The notes under the pieces: generated by a model
What the model saw: the letters and a program-made list of their open reading frames with translations, nothing else
Told to the model about the DNA's origin: nothing
Databases searched by the model: none
Part shown: positions 51,601 through 64,000 of the stretch, one piece after another
Layout: every line of letters begins with the position of its first letter
Numbering within the stretch: position 1 is the stretch's first letter
Translations under genes and position numbers: made by a program
Assembly: GCA_043228905.1 (NCBI GenBank)
Contig: JBHGNT010000022.1
Span: 2,852,001-2,916,000 of the forward strand
DNA from: Azolla caroliniana
Taxonomy: Eukaryota; Plantae; Polypodiophyta
Direction of reading: 5' to 3'
DNA: 64,000 nucleotides

Positions 51601-53805
51601 GGTGTTTATTGAACGGTCTTCTAGTGTCGGATCCCTTTTTCGGACAAGTACTGTTTGAAGGCCTAGGAGGTGTATTCCCCTCCGTTGTCGGATCAAAGTG
51701 TCTTCACTCTGTATCTTGACCGGTTCTCTACTTCGGCTAGCCACTGAGAGAAGACCTTGAACGCTTTGTCTTTTGACCTAATCGAGTAGGCCCAGACCTT
51801 TCGTGTACAATCATCTACGAATGTGATGAAGTATTGGGAGCCTCCTAGTGACCTTTCGGGCATCGGTCCACATATATGTGTGTGGACCAGTTCTAGGGGA
51901 TGATGTACTATCTCGTAGTGGAGAGAGTGCGGACTTCGGGTCTGTTTCCCGTAACAACAATGCTCACAAAAGCCCGTCTTTGTCTGGAGCTTCAGGATGT
52001 AGCTGATTGCCATTAGTTGGTCCAATCCGGCTTGAGACATATGGCCGAGTCAACCATGCCATAAGTTTGAGTCCCACGATTCGGCTATGTTCACTACCCC
52101 TTTTGGACTGATCGCCATAAGTGGGTACAAGTTATTGTACTTGTATACGTTCCCGATTTTCAAATTTCCTCGGTTGATCATCCATGTCGATTCACTAAGA
52201 GTCGTTATGTACCTAGCTTCAACTAGCATGCCGATGGAGACCAGGCTCCTTTTCAGCATGGGTACATGCTAGACTTTGTGCAGGGTGATAGTATTACCAT
52301 TTGGCAATTGGATGAGGACCTCTCCGATCCCTGCGATTGCGCACTCCTACTTATTGACTAGTCGGATTGTGCAGCTGATGCCGATCGAATAGTTAGAAAA
52401 CCATTCGATATTCAGGGTCACATGAAATGTGCCACCCGAGTCCAATAGCCACGTTTGTGCGTCTTGCGCAATGTATAGAACTTCTCCGATAATCGAGTCC
52501 TCTAGAGAGAGAATTTCTCCTAATCGGGAGTCGGCAACATTGATTTGGTTGTCGTCTGGAGAACAGTTAGAGTCAAATCGTCCTAAGTTCCGCTCGAATC
52601 GCCGATCACTCTCCTTCCTCTTGATCGACTAACAGTCAAAATTGTTGTGACTAGTTTTTCTGCAATGAGTGCAGAAGTCACTTGATTGACTATTCCTCGA
52701 CTTCAACCGATGTTGGTCTCCCCTCTTTCTTGGTCAGATGGTGTTCCGACAGGTTCTTCCAACTTGTTCTCTCGATCAACTAGATCGCTTGATTGACTCG
52801 GTCGAGTGGTGGGCTTCTGCCAACTCGTGGATGGTGAGTCCCATCGATTTTCGCCTAATGTCCTCAATGAGGACTTGTCGATCGTCTCATCTAGATTTAG
52901 ATTCGCACAACTATTGGCAAAGGTCATGACGAATACCTCCCAAAGGTCATGCAGACAAAGCTCGAAAGGAGGGCAAGGGCTTTGCCTTCTTCTCGAAGTT
53001 AATATCTTTGGAGGAGAATTCAGATAACACCCGACTGAAGGTGTTGATGTGGGAGGTTGCTAGATCCGTCTCTCTCATCTTCATGTTGAATAACTGTTGA
53101 ATCAATATCAACTTTGATGAGGAGGATTTCTTCTCATAGACCGCCTGTAACTTCTCCCACAAAGAGAATGTTATTGTCTCCTTGGCCATGCTAAAATAGA
53201 TGTTTTCGGCCATATGCATTCGAATGGTAGATCTGGCTATTTCATCCATAGACCGTCATTCTTCTATAAACATTGAGGTTGGCTTGGTAGTGTGCCTAAT
53301 AGCTTCAACTTGTCATCGAATGATGATTACATCCTACATCATTTCCTTCTAGAGGGCGAAGTTCTTACCATCGGACTTTTGAATTTCCACACTCGTGTCG
53401 GATTGTGTCGCCATTCTTTTACTGGAAGCAAATGTTACTGACCTAGTCTTTTCTTTCATCCAGATAGCTTCCCTTCTCAGTCTTTTTTGCTTATCGTTGC
53501 CGCTGGATAGTGAGGTTGCTCTGATACCACTTGATGGAAGTATACGAACAAATATGCGGAAGAATATGTATGAGGACCTTCGAGAGATGTACAACAAACA
53601 ACGCATATGTAAAATAGGAAGAGAGTCAGAAGGTAAACACAATTCTGAGCTTCAAAGGAGGTTCTTATTATCTTAGACTGCAACTCTTACACTCTGAGAG
53701 TGTTTCTTTACAATGTTAGGTTTGAGCTTATATACTAAAGTCCTAGATAGAGGATGTGTTCACACTAGGATACAAAGTGGAAGGAGTCAATCTTTTATGC
53801 CAACA
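48647..53805 (-). mobile_element. Near full-length degenerate Ty1/copia element (5' LTR 53532-53805; 3' LTR 48647-~48909)
   Basis: TSD TCATC (48642-48646, 53806-53810); Met PBS GCTCTGATACCA at 53518-53529; gag, WLLDSG, LWHG, LVHTHICGP, RT LDVKMTFLHGD, RH EGYTNSDYA and TKHIEV. Confidence 0.92.
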
Positions 53806-53839
53806 TCATCTATAAAATTTTATAACTAATGGAAGGAGT

Positions 53840-54080
53840 GTTTTTTGGAAAAATGAAAAGAAATCTTTGCCATTCAATGCCTTCATTCCAGAGCAAATAT
53901 AGAACTTTTTGTAAATCCTCTAGGTGTGCCTTGGCCAATAGACTATGCATGAAAATATCATCTAAGAAAGTGACCACGAAAAACTTTTGTTCAAGTATCG
54001 GGTTAAGTAGATTGATTATAAGAGTCACAAATATGATTGGATCATTGGTAAAACAATGTCTCATAATGACCATAATTTGT
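53840..54080 (-). pseudogene. Highly decayed gypsy RT remnant
   Basis: FVTLIINLLNPILEQKFFVVTFLDDIFMHS...HLEDLQKVL resembles the gypsy YxDD region. Confidence 0.5.
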
Positions 54081-54971
54081 ATACAATCTCATTTTATGGA
54101 CATCTTCGTCACGTACATGAGCACATGATATCTAGAGGAAACACATATGCAATGTGCCATCATTTTCTTAATAGGCTAAATGGGCACAATGCAATGTGAA
54201 GACAAATTAACATTTGCATAAATATTTACAATAGTACATAATTAAGAACAACATTGATATTGTCCATATGCATAGTGTGAAAAAATAATGCACATATATT
54301 GATATTATATCATGAAAAGAACATCCTTGACTAGATAGACTATCTCGGATGTCCTCACAACCACCTTGCATCGTGGAAACTTCATACCTATGAGTGTTGT
54401 GGGATGACTATTAAGCACAATTTTTTTGGCCAAGAGACCCTTCAAAGGGAACATGTCGCACCATCAAAATAGCCAAATGTCAAAGAATAAGCATGCATAA
54501 CATTAAGTGCATGCAATCTCAAGAGCAAGCGAAATGGAGGAAGTGTAGCTTTGGGAATTCAAGGCAATATGCATGGAGAGTATCCTAATAGGTATGGTGG
54601 GCTAAGGAATCTAATCGAGCCATATTCTCAATCACAAAAATTGATGTGACGAAGGCGATATAAAGATGGACAAGGCAATGAGAAGAAGATTGATAATAGA
54701 AGGTTAATCACGACATGCTAAATTAACAAAAAACATAGCCACATGCAATGAGCCTAGATCTTATGTAAGGTCATGATCCTATGTAACAATTGTATAATCA
54801 TTGCTATATACTTGTCATGGTATCTAACATGTTACTAACAAAAGCTAATGCGCTACGGTGATATAAAGATGCACAAGACAATGAAAAAAAGATTGTTGTC
54901 CAAACCATGCTAAATTAACAAGAGATGAAGCCACAAGCAACGAGCCTATGACGTGATCTTATGTAGCTCAA

Positions 54972-55665
54972 TAATGTTATGGCAAATTCCCAGAAGATCC
55001 CTCAAAAACAAGACCCTCGTGTTGCCACCACACGACCCCCATTGATTGCCATCAGTGGAAGGTTCCAAAAACTTCTAAAGTAGCCCCCGATTAATGTTTT
55101 GGCAAATTCCCAGAAGACCCCTCAACAACAAGACCCTTGTTGTTCACCATGTTGCCACCACCTGACCTCACCCGGCCCAACCCCACTAAGTGCATCCGTG
55201 TAAGGTTCTAGAAACTTCCAAAGTAGCCCAATAATGTTTTGGCAAATTCCCAAAAGACCCCTAAAAAACAAGCCCCCCACCCTTCCTCGTGTTGCTGCCA
55301 CTCGACTTGACCTAGCATAGCCCCATTGGGTGCAACTGTGTAAGGTCCTAGAAATTTCCAAAGTAGCCCGAGATAATGTTCTGGCAAATTCCCAGAAGAC
55401 CCCATAGAAAAACAAGACCCCTGTCCTTTCCCGTGTTGCCGCCACCCGACCTGACCCAACCCAGCCCCACTCGGTGCATCTGTGTAAGGTTCTAGAAACT
55501 TCCAAAGTAGCCCCATAATGTTTTAGCAAATTCCCAAAAGACCCCTCCAAAACAAGACCCCCGTCCTTCCCCATTGGGTGCATGATGCATCTATGTAAGG
55601 TTCTAGAAACTTCCAAAGCAGCCCTATAAAATTATTGGAAAATTCCCAGAGTACCCCTCAACCAG
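54972..55665. repeat. Minisatellite, about 5-6 units of ~120-142 bp, immediately upstream of the PPR gene
   Basis: GGCAAATTCCCA(G/A)AAGACCCC...ACAAGACCC...GTAAGGTTCTAGAAACTTCCAAAGTAGCCC recurs at ~54981, 55101, 55241, 55383, 55525 and 55638. Confidence 0.9.
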
Positions 55666-55762
55666 CTCATGGAGGGGTATTCTCGCAAATAACCCAAAAC
55701 CAAACACACACACACACACATCCATGGCCTTCCCAAGGCCAGGGTGAAGGCAGAAGCAGCAT

Positions 55763-58309
55763 ATGCAGATCTCCATCCACCATATCCTCTCTCTTCTACG
55801 TGAAAGCATCCGACAGAAAGATGTAGGGGCAGCTAGATTCCTCTATTCTCTCTCCCTTGAAGAAAATAGCTTCCTTTTGAACCCTAAGTTGCTATGCTTT
55901 CTCATCAAAGCATTCTCTTCCTGTGGAAACCTGTTGGAAGCGTCTAAGATTTTTGCTTGCAATGAGCGAAATGTATATACATGGTCTGCCATCATCCTAG
56001 CACATGCACAACATGGTGAATCGCATAATGCGTTGCGTTTATACAAACAGATGAAGTTGTCATCCATTACGCCCAACATACACACCTATATGGGTGTCCT
56101 TAAGGCGTGTTCTAATGTGGGTTCTTTAGATCAAGTGTATGATGACCTTATTAAAGAAGGTCTCGAGAGAGATCAATATGTGGGAAATATGTTAATCAAT
56201 GTATATGCTAGACATGGTGATATAAAGAAGTCTCGGAGGGTTTTTGATGAGCTTTATATAAGAGATGTAGTGGCATGGTCGGCCATGATTACTGCTTATG
56301 TAAATCATGATCAAGGTCAAGAAGCTATAAGTTTATTTCATGAAATGTGGAGAGAAAGACCAGAACCTGATGATGTGACGTTATTGTGCACCCTCAAAGC
56401 ATGCGCAAATATAGGATGTGTTTCCCATGGCATGTTTATATATACCGAAATTACGAAATGGTTCCAACTTGATGCGTATATTGGTAGTGCTATAATTGAC
56501 ATGTATGCCAAATGCTCCCGCATGGAAGATGCACAAAAAGTGTTTGATGTGTTGGATGTTCGGAATCTCATTTGCTGGAATGCAATTATATCGGGCTATG
56601 CTAACTGCAGAAAAAGTGTCCACGCATTGCATTTAGTAACTGAAATGCAACATTGTAATCTACTGCCAAACGAGACTACATTTGTATCCGCATTGAAAGC
56701 GTGTGCTCACATTCTTGATCTGGACAATGGCATGCTGTTTCATATTACAATACTTAAACAGGGTATTGAACTAGACCCATTCATTGCCAATAGCTTGATA
56801 TGTTTGTATGCCAAATGTGATTGCGTACCATCCACATTCAAGATATTTGAGAAACAGATGGGTCGAAGCATAGTTTCGTGGGGTACTATGATTTCAGGTC
56901 TTGTAGGAACAGGGCATCATCATGAAGCTGTCACATTCTATGTCAAAATGAATAAAGAAGAAATAGAACCAGATAATTCCACATTGGTCTCCATCCTCAA
57001 GGCTTGCTCTAGCTTAAAGGCTCTCGAGGAAGGAAGACTGATTTATTGCGATTGTGTGGAGAAAGGATTAGAGTCTGACTTGGTTATCGGAAGTGCTTTG
57101 CTTGAAATGTTTATCAAGTGTGGTAATCTAAGTTGTTCTAAGAAGATATTTGACTCATTAAAAGTGAAAAACATAATATTGTATTCAGTATTGATGTCTG
57201 GGTATACACAATGTGGACATGATTTTGAAACTATCCAGTTACTTGAAAACATGCGGCAAGAGGGCATACAGCCGAATGAAGTCTCTTATATCTGTATATT
57301 GAAAGCATGCACTAACCTGGCAGACCGAATGTATGGGAAGTTGATTCATTACAATATTGTTGAAGAGAGTTTTGAGTCCATATTTACAGTTAGATCAACA
57401 CTAGTAGTTATGTATGCAAAATTGGGATGCCTGCTAGATGCCTATGAGGTGTTTAACCAGACTGTTGAGAGAGATGTGGTATTATGGTCAGCTGTTATCA
57501 CAGGATTTTCTGACCTCGGTTATGCTGAAGAAGCCCTCATCTTGTTTGAGGAAATGCAACAGGCTTGTGTGCATCCAAATGAGGTGACATTTGCATGTGT
57601 TCTGAAAGCCTGTGCAAGCTTAGCATCCCTTGACCGTGGTAAACATACCCATACAACAATCGTAAAGCAAGGATTTGATTCTGACACTTTCATTGGAAAC
57701 ACTCTGGTGGACATGTATTCTAAGTGTGGCAGCTTGGCAAGTGCACATTATATGTTTGATTCATTGCATGAACGAGATTTAGTATCCTGGTCTGCAATTA
57801 TAGAAGGATATGCTAACCATGGGCTATCTCATTTAGCTCTCAAATTTTTTTATAGCATGAAGAAGCTAGATCTAATACCAGCGGAAGCAACTTATGTTAG
57901 CATCCTTTCTGCATGTAGTAATGCAGGTCTTCTTGAAGAGGGCCAGTTTTATTTCATATCCATTAATTCTAACTGTAAATTTTTGCAAACAGCTGAGCAT
58001 TATTCGTGCATGGTGGATCTTCTAGGCAAAGCTGGCCAGCTGAATATGGCTGGATATTTGGCTCTTGGAACGCCTCTACAATTAGATGATGTCAAGGTAT
58101 GGATGACCTTGTTAGGTGCTTGTGCTAGGTTTGGAAATATGGAAATAGGAACACATGCGTACTATTGCCTTATGAAAAGAGATTTTAAGAATGTTACAGC
58201 ACATATATTACTATCAAATATTTATGCTGCCAATCATCTATGGGAGGATGCAAAAAGATTACAAAACCTTGCAACATGGACTGAGCAGAAGTGTGCTACT
58301 TGCTGGTGA
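55763..58309 (+). CDS. PLS-class pentatricopeptide repeat protein with E domain (organellar RNA-editing factor type), 848 aa, intronless
   Basis: Repeated P-L-S triplets (RDVVAWSAMITAY; PNEVTFACVLKAC; DTFIGNTLVDMYSKCG), HYSCMVDLLGKAG, E-domain VWMTLLGACARFGN and HILLSNIYAA. No DYW triad. Confidence 0.95.
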   Translation: MQISIHHILSLLRESIRQKDVGAARFLYSLSLEENSFLLNPKLLCFLIKAFSSCGNLLEASKIFACNERNVYTWSAIILAHAQHGESHNALRLYKQMKLSSITPNIHTYMGVLKACSNVGSLDQVYDDLIKEGLERDQYVGNMLINVYARHGDIKKSRRVFDELYIRDVVAWSAMITAYVNHDQGQEAISLFHEMWRERPEPDDVTLLCTLKACANIGCVSHGMFIYTEITKWFQLDAYIGSAIIDMYAKCSRMEDAQKVFDVLDVRNLICWNAIISGYANCRKSVHALHLVTEMQHCNLLPNETTFVSALKACAHILDLDNGMLFHITILKQGIELDPFIANSLICLYAKCDCVPSTFKIFEKQMGRSIVSWGTMISGLVGTGHHHEAVTFYVKMNKEEIEPDNSTLVSILKACSSLKALEEGRLIYCDCVEKGLESDLVIGSALLEMFIKCGNLSCSKKIFDSLKVKNIILYSVLMSGYTQCGHDFETIQLLENMRQEGIQPNEVSYICILKACTNLADRMYGKLIHYNIVEESFESIFTVRSTLVVMYAKLGCLLDAYEVFNQTVERDVVLWSAVITGFSDLGYAEEALILFEEMQQACVHPNEVTFACVLKACASLASLDRGKHTHTTIVKQGFDSDTFIGNTLVDMYSKCGSLASAHYMFDSLHERDLVSWSAIIEGYANHGLSHLALKFFYSMKKLDLIPAEATYVSILSACSNAGLLEEGQFYFISINSNCKFLQTAEHYSCMVDLLGKAGQLNMAGYLALGTPLQLDDVKVWMTLLGACARFGNMEIGTHAYYCLMKRDFKNVTAHILLSNIYAANHLWEDAKRLQNLATWTEQKCATCW

Positions 58310-61171
58310 GGAAAGGATACATTGATGATGTCTGAAAGGCATTGATAACAATAACTAGTGGATTGAAGAGTCACACACTTCAATTGGCTGAGAAAGCTAG
58401 CTAAACATATTCTTGATGATTTCAATCATTGTAGTGTGGATACCAACAATCAGTTTTCCTCCCTGAGAACTCATATATTTGTGCTGCAGATTATGTGGAG
58501 CAAGTTTGTTTTCGTGATAATTTGTTGGTCAGGTTTACACCCTGCTATGCTGCAGACAAAAAACAGGATACATTAAGAGTATGCAGAATATCCTTCTGCA
58601 CCTTCGAGACAGGTGGACAATTTAAAATGACTTCATTTGAACTTTGATCCCGATTTCGTGCAATTTGATATTGTGAATGCTGCATTTTCAACACATGGAT
58701 GGTGAGTAATTTTATTGCATATTTTTATTAATTTCTATACATTTTAAACATGAGTATGTCAACTTCTTAATGATCCAACTTATTCAACAGTAGTGGTGTT
58801 AAACAGCTATTGGCGAAATGTTTCTATGAAGCAAACTTTGGGAAGCTCTCTCGATGCTGGGACCTTCATAAGTGTATTTTCTGACCGGTAAGAATAAAGT
58901 AAACAGCGAAATTTTCCTATATTCATTGGTGTTACTTTGACTTCTACAATCATACAACTTTTTTTTTCTGTTTTCCATCTCATCATCTTTCCGTTTTTCA
59001 GTGTTTTGTATTGATTTTCAACCACTAGAATTTCGGAGGAACACATGCTCTTTGTGTAAATTGTCAAGAGGATGAACAATTTTCTGTCCTATAATGGGTT
59101 TGTAAAAGTTAATACAATATTTTTTTTCTCCTAATGGTACAGAAGCATTACATCCTTAAAGAGTTGCATTTGTGCTATCTTACTTTGTGTGTTTGGCATG
59201 TTCTTAATTTTTCTAAATGAGACTGCATCTGCCCTTACATGTCATAAACGTCCCCATATTCTTGGGCTTTGACAAATGGGCATTGAGTAGTACGTCTTGC
59301 TATGCGCAGTAAAAGGCGGAACTACTGCAATAGGACTCATCTTGACATGTTATCTTCAGGTCTCAGTTTCATTTAACACTCTTCCAGTAGTGTGGACGGG
59401 TACTGCAATGTTGTTGATTGTTCTATATGCAGATGGTTCTGGTCAATTAAATTAAAATCAATTGAGAGTACATTAAAGTTACAGCTTCAGTGGGCAAGTA
59501 TGTATCCAGACTATTTAAGCAAACTGGAGATATACCTGGTTAGGCAATCTTCACCACTGTCTTTTGTGTTAATTATTCATTACATGCAATACTTAATATA
59601 TTTTAGGGGATATCCTGATTGATGGGGGCAACAATGGTATTTGATAAGTGCAGGTTTGCAATTCAAGTAGTGCTCTTTGATCTGGTCAAAATTGTTTTTC
59701 CCTCTGAAAATGATAAATGGTTTTTCTGATCAAGAAAACCCTTAATATTTAAGGTTGCAAACTTTTAGTTGGGGAGGTTTCAAAAAGACCAGCTTTGAGT
59801 TTCCAGTTGCTTGATGTAAATACTGATCCTTATCTAACCTTGCTTATCCAAACACTGTTTATGTACACTGTTGTATTATATGGTGTTTGACATAGTATAA
59901 TGCAGCATTCCTAGTTGATTTCTTTTAAGATTCATAGTTGATTATATTACAAAAATATTGCTGAACAAACCTGAAGAGTCCTACAAAATTTTGCAAGTTC
60001 AATTCAGTTTTTTAGATTGGTCTTCATACATATTAGTGTAACTGACTTAGTTGATTTGTTTTTAAGTTTCATATTTCAGTATGCCACTTTGTGAAGGAAA
60101 TTGGTCTTCACACATTTTACAATGTGACTGAGCTCGTTGATTTGTTTTAAGTTTTGTATTTGAGTGTGTCACTTGAGAATCCTATTAGATTTTGCTAGTT
60201 CAAGGTGGCTTTCTCCGAATTTTATTTCTGCCAAATTCTGCCATGCAATTTGAGACATAGCATCACATCTTATTTGCAGACTCACCTATTCATAAGTTCA
60301 TACTTCCACACCATCCTGATCAAACCCCCAATCATACAAACTCTGGGTGGAGGATCTTAAGCTCCTTCACCTGTAAGAGTCATAGCATTCTTTCACTAGC
60401 ACATTAGGCATTATGCTAGGAGAACATACTAATACATGCTTACAACAATTATATTGGATTGCACCAAAGTAAAAAGATGAGTAAGTTCCACATCATAAAA
60501 CATGGAGAAAAATATGATTAGGAAAATGAAGGGAAATTACATCAATTATATTGAATTCCACCAAACTAAACGTGAGTTATTCCCACACCATAAAACATGG
60601 CAAAATGTATAAAAAGGAAGATGACAGGAAATATTCATAATTTTCTTTGAAATAGACTATTTTAAAGAATATTCGATTTATGAAGAGGATGCAATTGATA
60701 AGGCAGCTTTGATCTCTAGACATTTAACAGTAAACGCAATTATATTGTCATGTTGTAAAAGAAGCAAAGGGAAAAAATATAACTATCACTAAAAAACATG
60801 TAAAGAAGCAAAGGAAAAAAATATAACTATCACTAAAAATGGTCATCTCAATAAATAATGCACTTCGCAAAGAAACATGAAACTACAGACAGTATAGATC
60901 CCTGAAAATGGGTATAGGTAAAAATATCTCAACATCAATTGAATGTGTAGAAATGCAAAGATATTAATGTGAGTAGGTCAATAAAATAAGACCATACACA
61001 CCTGCCACATGCGAAAGCCTCTCCATTTCCTTTCGAAACTACGAGAAAGTGCAGCATGAATTGCTACACAATTTGACTTGATAACTGATGGTATCAGTTT
61101 GATCATCTGTAGGCATATAGCTCAACAAAGCTTATGTCCCCATGTCAACCCATCCATTCATAAGAACTCTT

Positions 61172-63775
61172 CTATAAGTCACTATGAGCCTTGCCTTCAA
61201 TAAAATGCAAAATTTGTAGGGATGTCTCATGTAGCACAAGTGATGCACACGTCAAGTTTTCAAGATACTCATCTGAAGTAGGCCTTTCACCATCCACAAT
61301 GTCAGTCACAACCTTGAGTATAATTGTGGGTATGGACAGAAGACTCGATACATAGAGCACTGATGCACCCTGACCATGTAGGATATATCAAAATTATTAT
61401 GAAGGATAAAGTTTTGATTCAACAAGATACTCAACAGAAAATGCATATACACTTCCTTCTCTCTGGCCCAATTCTTTCAATGACATTAATCTTGAAAAGT
61501 CACGCACAACCATGTTTATGATATAAAGATACCCAGCAGACAAAATTAGGCAACTTTATATTACATAGCAAGAATAGAATAGATGTGTCAATTGTGAGAT
61601 ATTACTTGGCCCTTGCTAATTGCTGATATCCTTGTATCATGAGGATGATTCGACATGTCATCAAGTAGCTAGTAGACCTAGCTTACAGTCTGAATAATGC
61701 CTTTTATAGAGAAACCACGTCCTTTTAGTGACATTACGTCTACCCTCTAATAATCCAAACTAGTTTTGCTTTTTGCTTAGTCATTCAATATCCGATAGCT
61801 CCAATGGGTCATGCATCTTCAAACATATATGCGGAAACATTGCAGATCTTTTATAATAGAGTCCTGCCTACTTTAAAAAAACGTTTTTACTATATGTCCA
61901 TACCTCCATGTCTTTTAGAGAAGCATCATTGGCCTTGATTAGTTCTTCGTCAACAGGTGGCATATCCAATGAATTTCCAGTTGATAGTTTGCCAACCTGA
62001 AGGACTTTATCCATTTAGCCCCATGCAAAAAGATTTGGAGGGTTAAACAAGGAACATAATCCAAGTGTAACCTTCAGTCGCAAAGATTCTACTAGATTTG
62101 GAGTTGGTAAAGCTTCAGTTGCACCAATGCCGTATTTATCAAAAATCTGCACAAGATACTCTGATTAACAGACAACCACCAGATTCAACAATATTAATAG
62201 AACTAGAAAGGAACATTGTTGGTTACAGACCGGTATGGGTATTCGTCGATCATGATGAGCGGCCTCAGTCACTATAAAAGCATCTCCTAACCTTGCCCCT
62301 TTAGCCTATCCAAGTATTTTCAAATGAATTTTAAGTGAGGATAACAATCTTTCACTATAAAAGCATTTCCTAACCCTGCCCTTTTAGCCTACCCAAGCAT
62401 TTTCAAGCGCATTTAATTAAGAATAGCAATTGGAGGCACAGCACCCTCTAGACAAAAAACAATATCCAAAGAACAAAATAATAATGCAACAAAATAAAAG
62501 AGGAATATACACCTTAAAGCCACCAGCAGTTCCCATGTTAATGATCAAATCAGGCTTAATAGCCTGTATAGATGCATATGTTAATAAGGCAGCAGGTACA
62601 GTTCCAACATTGTCCACACCTGTAGGGATGCAATCAAGATCGCAATGAGGTGCAAGTAATGAGCTTGCAAAGAATTGTGCATTTTCTAATCGAAACGTCA
62701 AACTCTTCACTCACCAAAAATCAAACACTTCCCTGGCACAACTAGACTTATATTTAATCCGTTATACACCCCATGATATCTCACCCATGGAAATCCAGGA
62801 GGAAATCTGCAAAACAAATGACCAATATCGTTGATTCACTTCATACATAGCCACAGATTATGTTGAATTTGGGCTTCGTTGTAAGGAAACATGAATAGCC
62901 CTTCCACATCATTAATTTTTGTGACTTCAATGTGCTTCAAGAACACAACTACAGTTTGTTTTTCTATTCAGCTATCTTCAGTCTTATACATTCCCAGACT
63001 CTCAACTGCACATGCTAGAGCTGACCCATGAATGTCAAACATTTTCAATACCGTCAATAAAATGAGATCACTCAACTACCTGATCAATGAAATTTCAAAA
63101 TTCCACTGTAAATCAGTAAGGTGGGTTAGGAAGGATTGAGATCATCAACCCATGAGTTGCATGAAAACATTGGATTATCATTAATACACCTTTCTTATTC
63201 TTTGCAGATGGCACAGTTCACAATTCTTAATGCCAAAACTACACTTGAATGCACCCTTTCCACTATCATGGCACTAAAATGCATTCAGAAGTTTAAGCAC
63301 CGGTACCGCGACTAGTCTCTATGTATTTGTGAAAATAGATCAATCTACAGTGAAAATAGCAAGGAATCTCGTTCATACATATGTAGGTCTATATTGTCTG
63401 TAAACTATCCAAGAAAAGTTCAAACAGACAAATTTGTAGGTATGTGTGTGTGTGTGTGTGTGTGTCAAAAGTAAAGAAATGGAAAGCCCCTATTTTGTTT
63501 TCTAAAATTAGTTTCAAAGCACAAAAATATGGACAAGAACACAAAGGTCTTGATCACATCATCAAAGATAACAATCAATTAGTTATATGCACACCAACAT
63601 CATTCAATCTTTGACATCCCCACAGAACTCTATTGCAAACCCCACAAATATTCAAGAGTTAAGAAAACAACCAAATAAATAATAAACTGAGTCATGACAG
63701 TCGAAGATTACAGGGAACCATCATCTAGCTGGAGTTTTAATGATTGCACAAGCGGATAAGCTTCTACCTTCATTG
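61172..63775 (-). CDS. MTN: 5'-methylthioadenosine/S-adenosylhomocysteine nucleosidase (first exon beyond the window end)
   Basis: In-frame GT-AG exons 63775-63712, 62806-62715, 62619-62513, 62305-62231, 62146-62072, 61996-61904 and 61369-61172. Motifs AMKVEA, GVDNVGTVPA, PDLIINMGTAGGFKAKGA, HDRRIPIP, LSTGNSLD, KDMEGA, KVVTDIVDG. Confidence 0.93.
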
Positions 63776-64000
63776 CTGCAAAAAAGAAAAAGGAAAACAT
63801 CGGGTATCAACAACCACAATTGATTTTAGTAATACATTATGTTAATGGTTTGAAACCTCAGTGTGAGGTGAAAATACACAAAAATGTATTAAGAAGAAAT
63901 GAACTAGTAGGTCACTGTATCTCTCTTAACACAGTATTCAACAAAGAGGTTATGTATAGAGAGAGTGCAATTATATCCCAAACTTGAAGTCCCCTCAGAA

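Noticed and set aside
55122-55616. Repetitive minus-strand ORFs upstream of the PPR gene
   Set aside because: Translations of the minisatellite with no recognisable domain.

Overview
Eukaryotic (land-plant) nuclear DNA, most likely a non-seed plant such as a fern or lycophyte; this is inferred from the transposon lineages and the long PLS-class PPR gene. About 1-35 kb is a deeply nested LTR-retrotransposon island. It holds Ty1/copia fragments, Tf1/sushi/Tcn1-like Ty3/gypsy chromoviruses, a tRNA-Trp-primed gypsy lineage with an FLDD reverse transcriptase, a tRNA-Arg-primed LTR family, several solo LTRs and a hAT MITE. Most junctions could be resolved by target-site duplications (TSDs). About 38-64 kb is gene space: a 7-exon XRI1-like gene (-), a LINE remnant, a near full-length copia element with TSD, a minisatellite, an intronless PLS-E PPR gene (+) and most of an MTA/SAH nucleosidase gene (-). 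Three signals stand out. (1) An antisense tRNA-like A-box/B-box module sits in the U3 of four LTRs from two unrelated gypsy lineages, and in three of them the B-box is 234-238 bp upstream of the TATA box. (2) Two chromoviruses carry covarying 11-nt self-priming duplexes instead of a tRNA PBS. (3) All three scorable insertions of the Trp-primed lineage have 4-bp TSDs centred on CpG. All coordinates are hand-counted and no searches were run.
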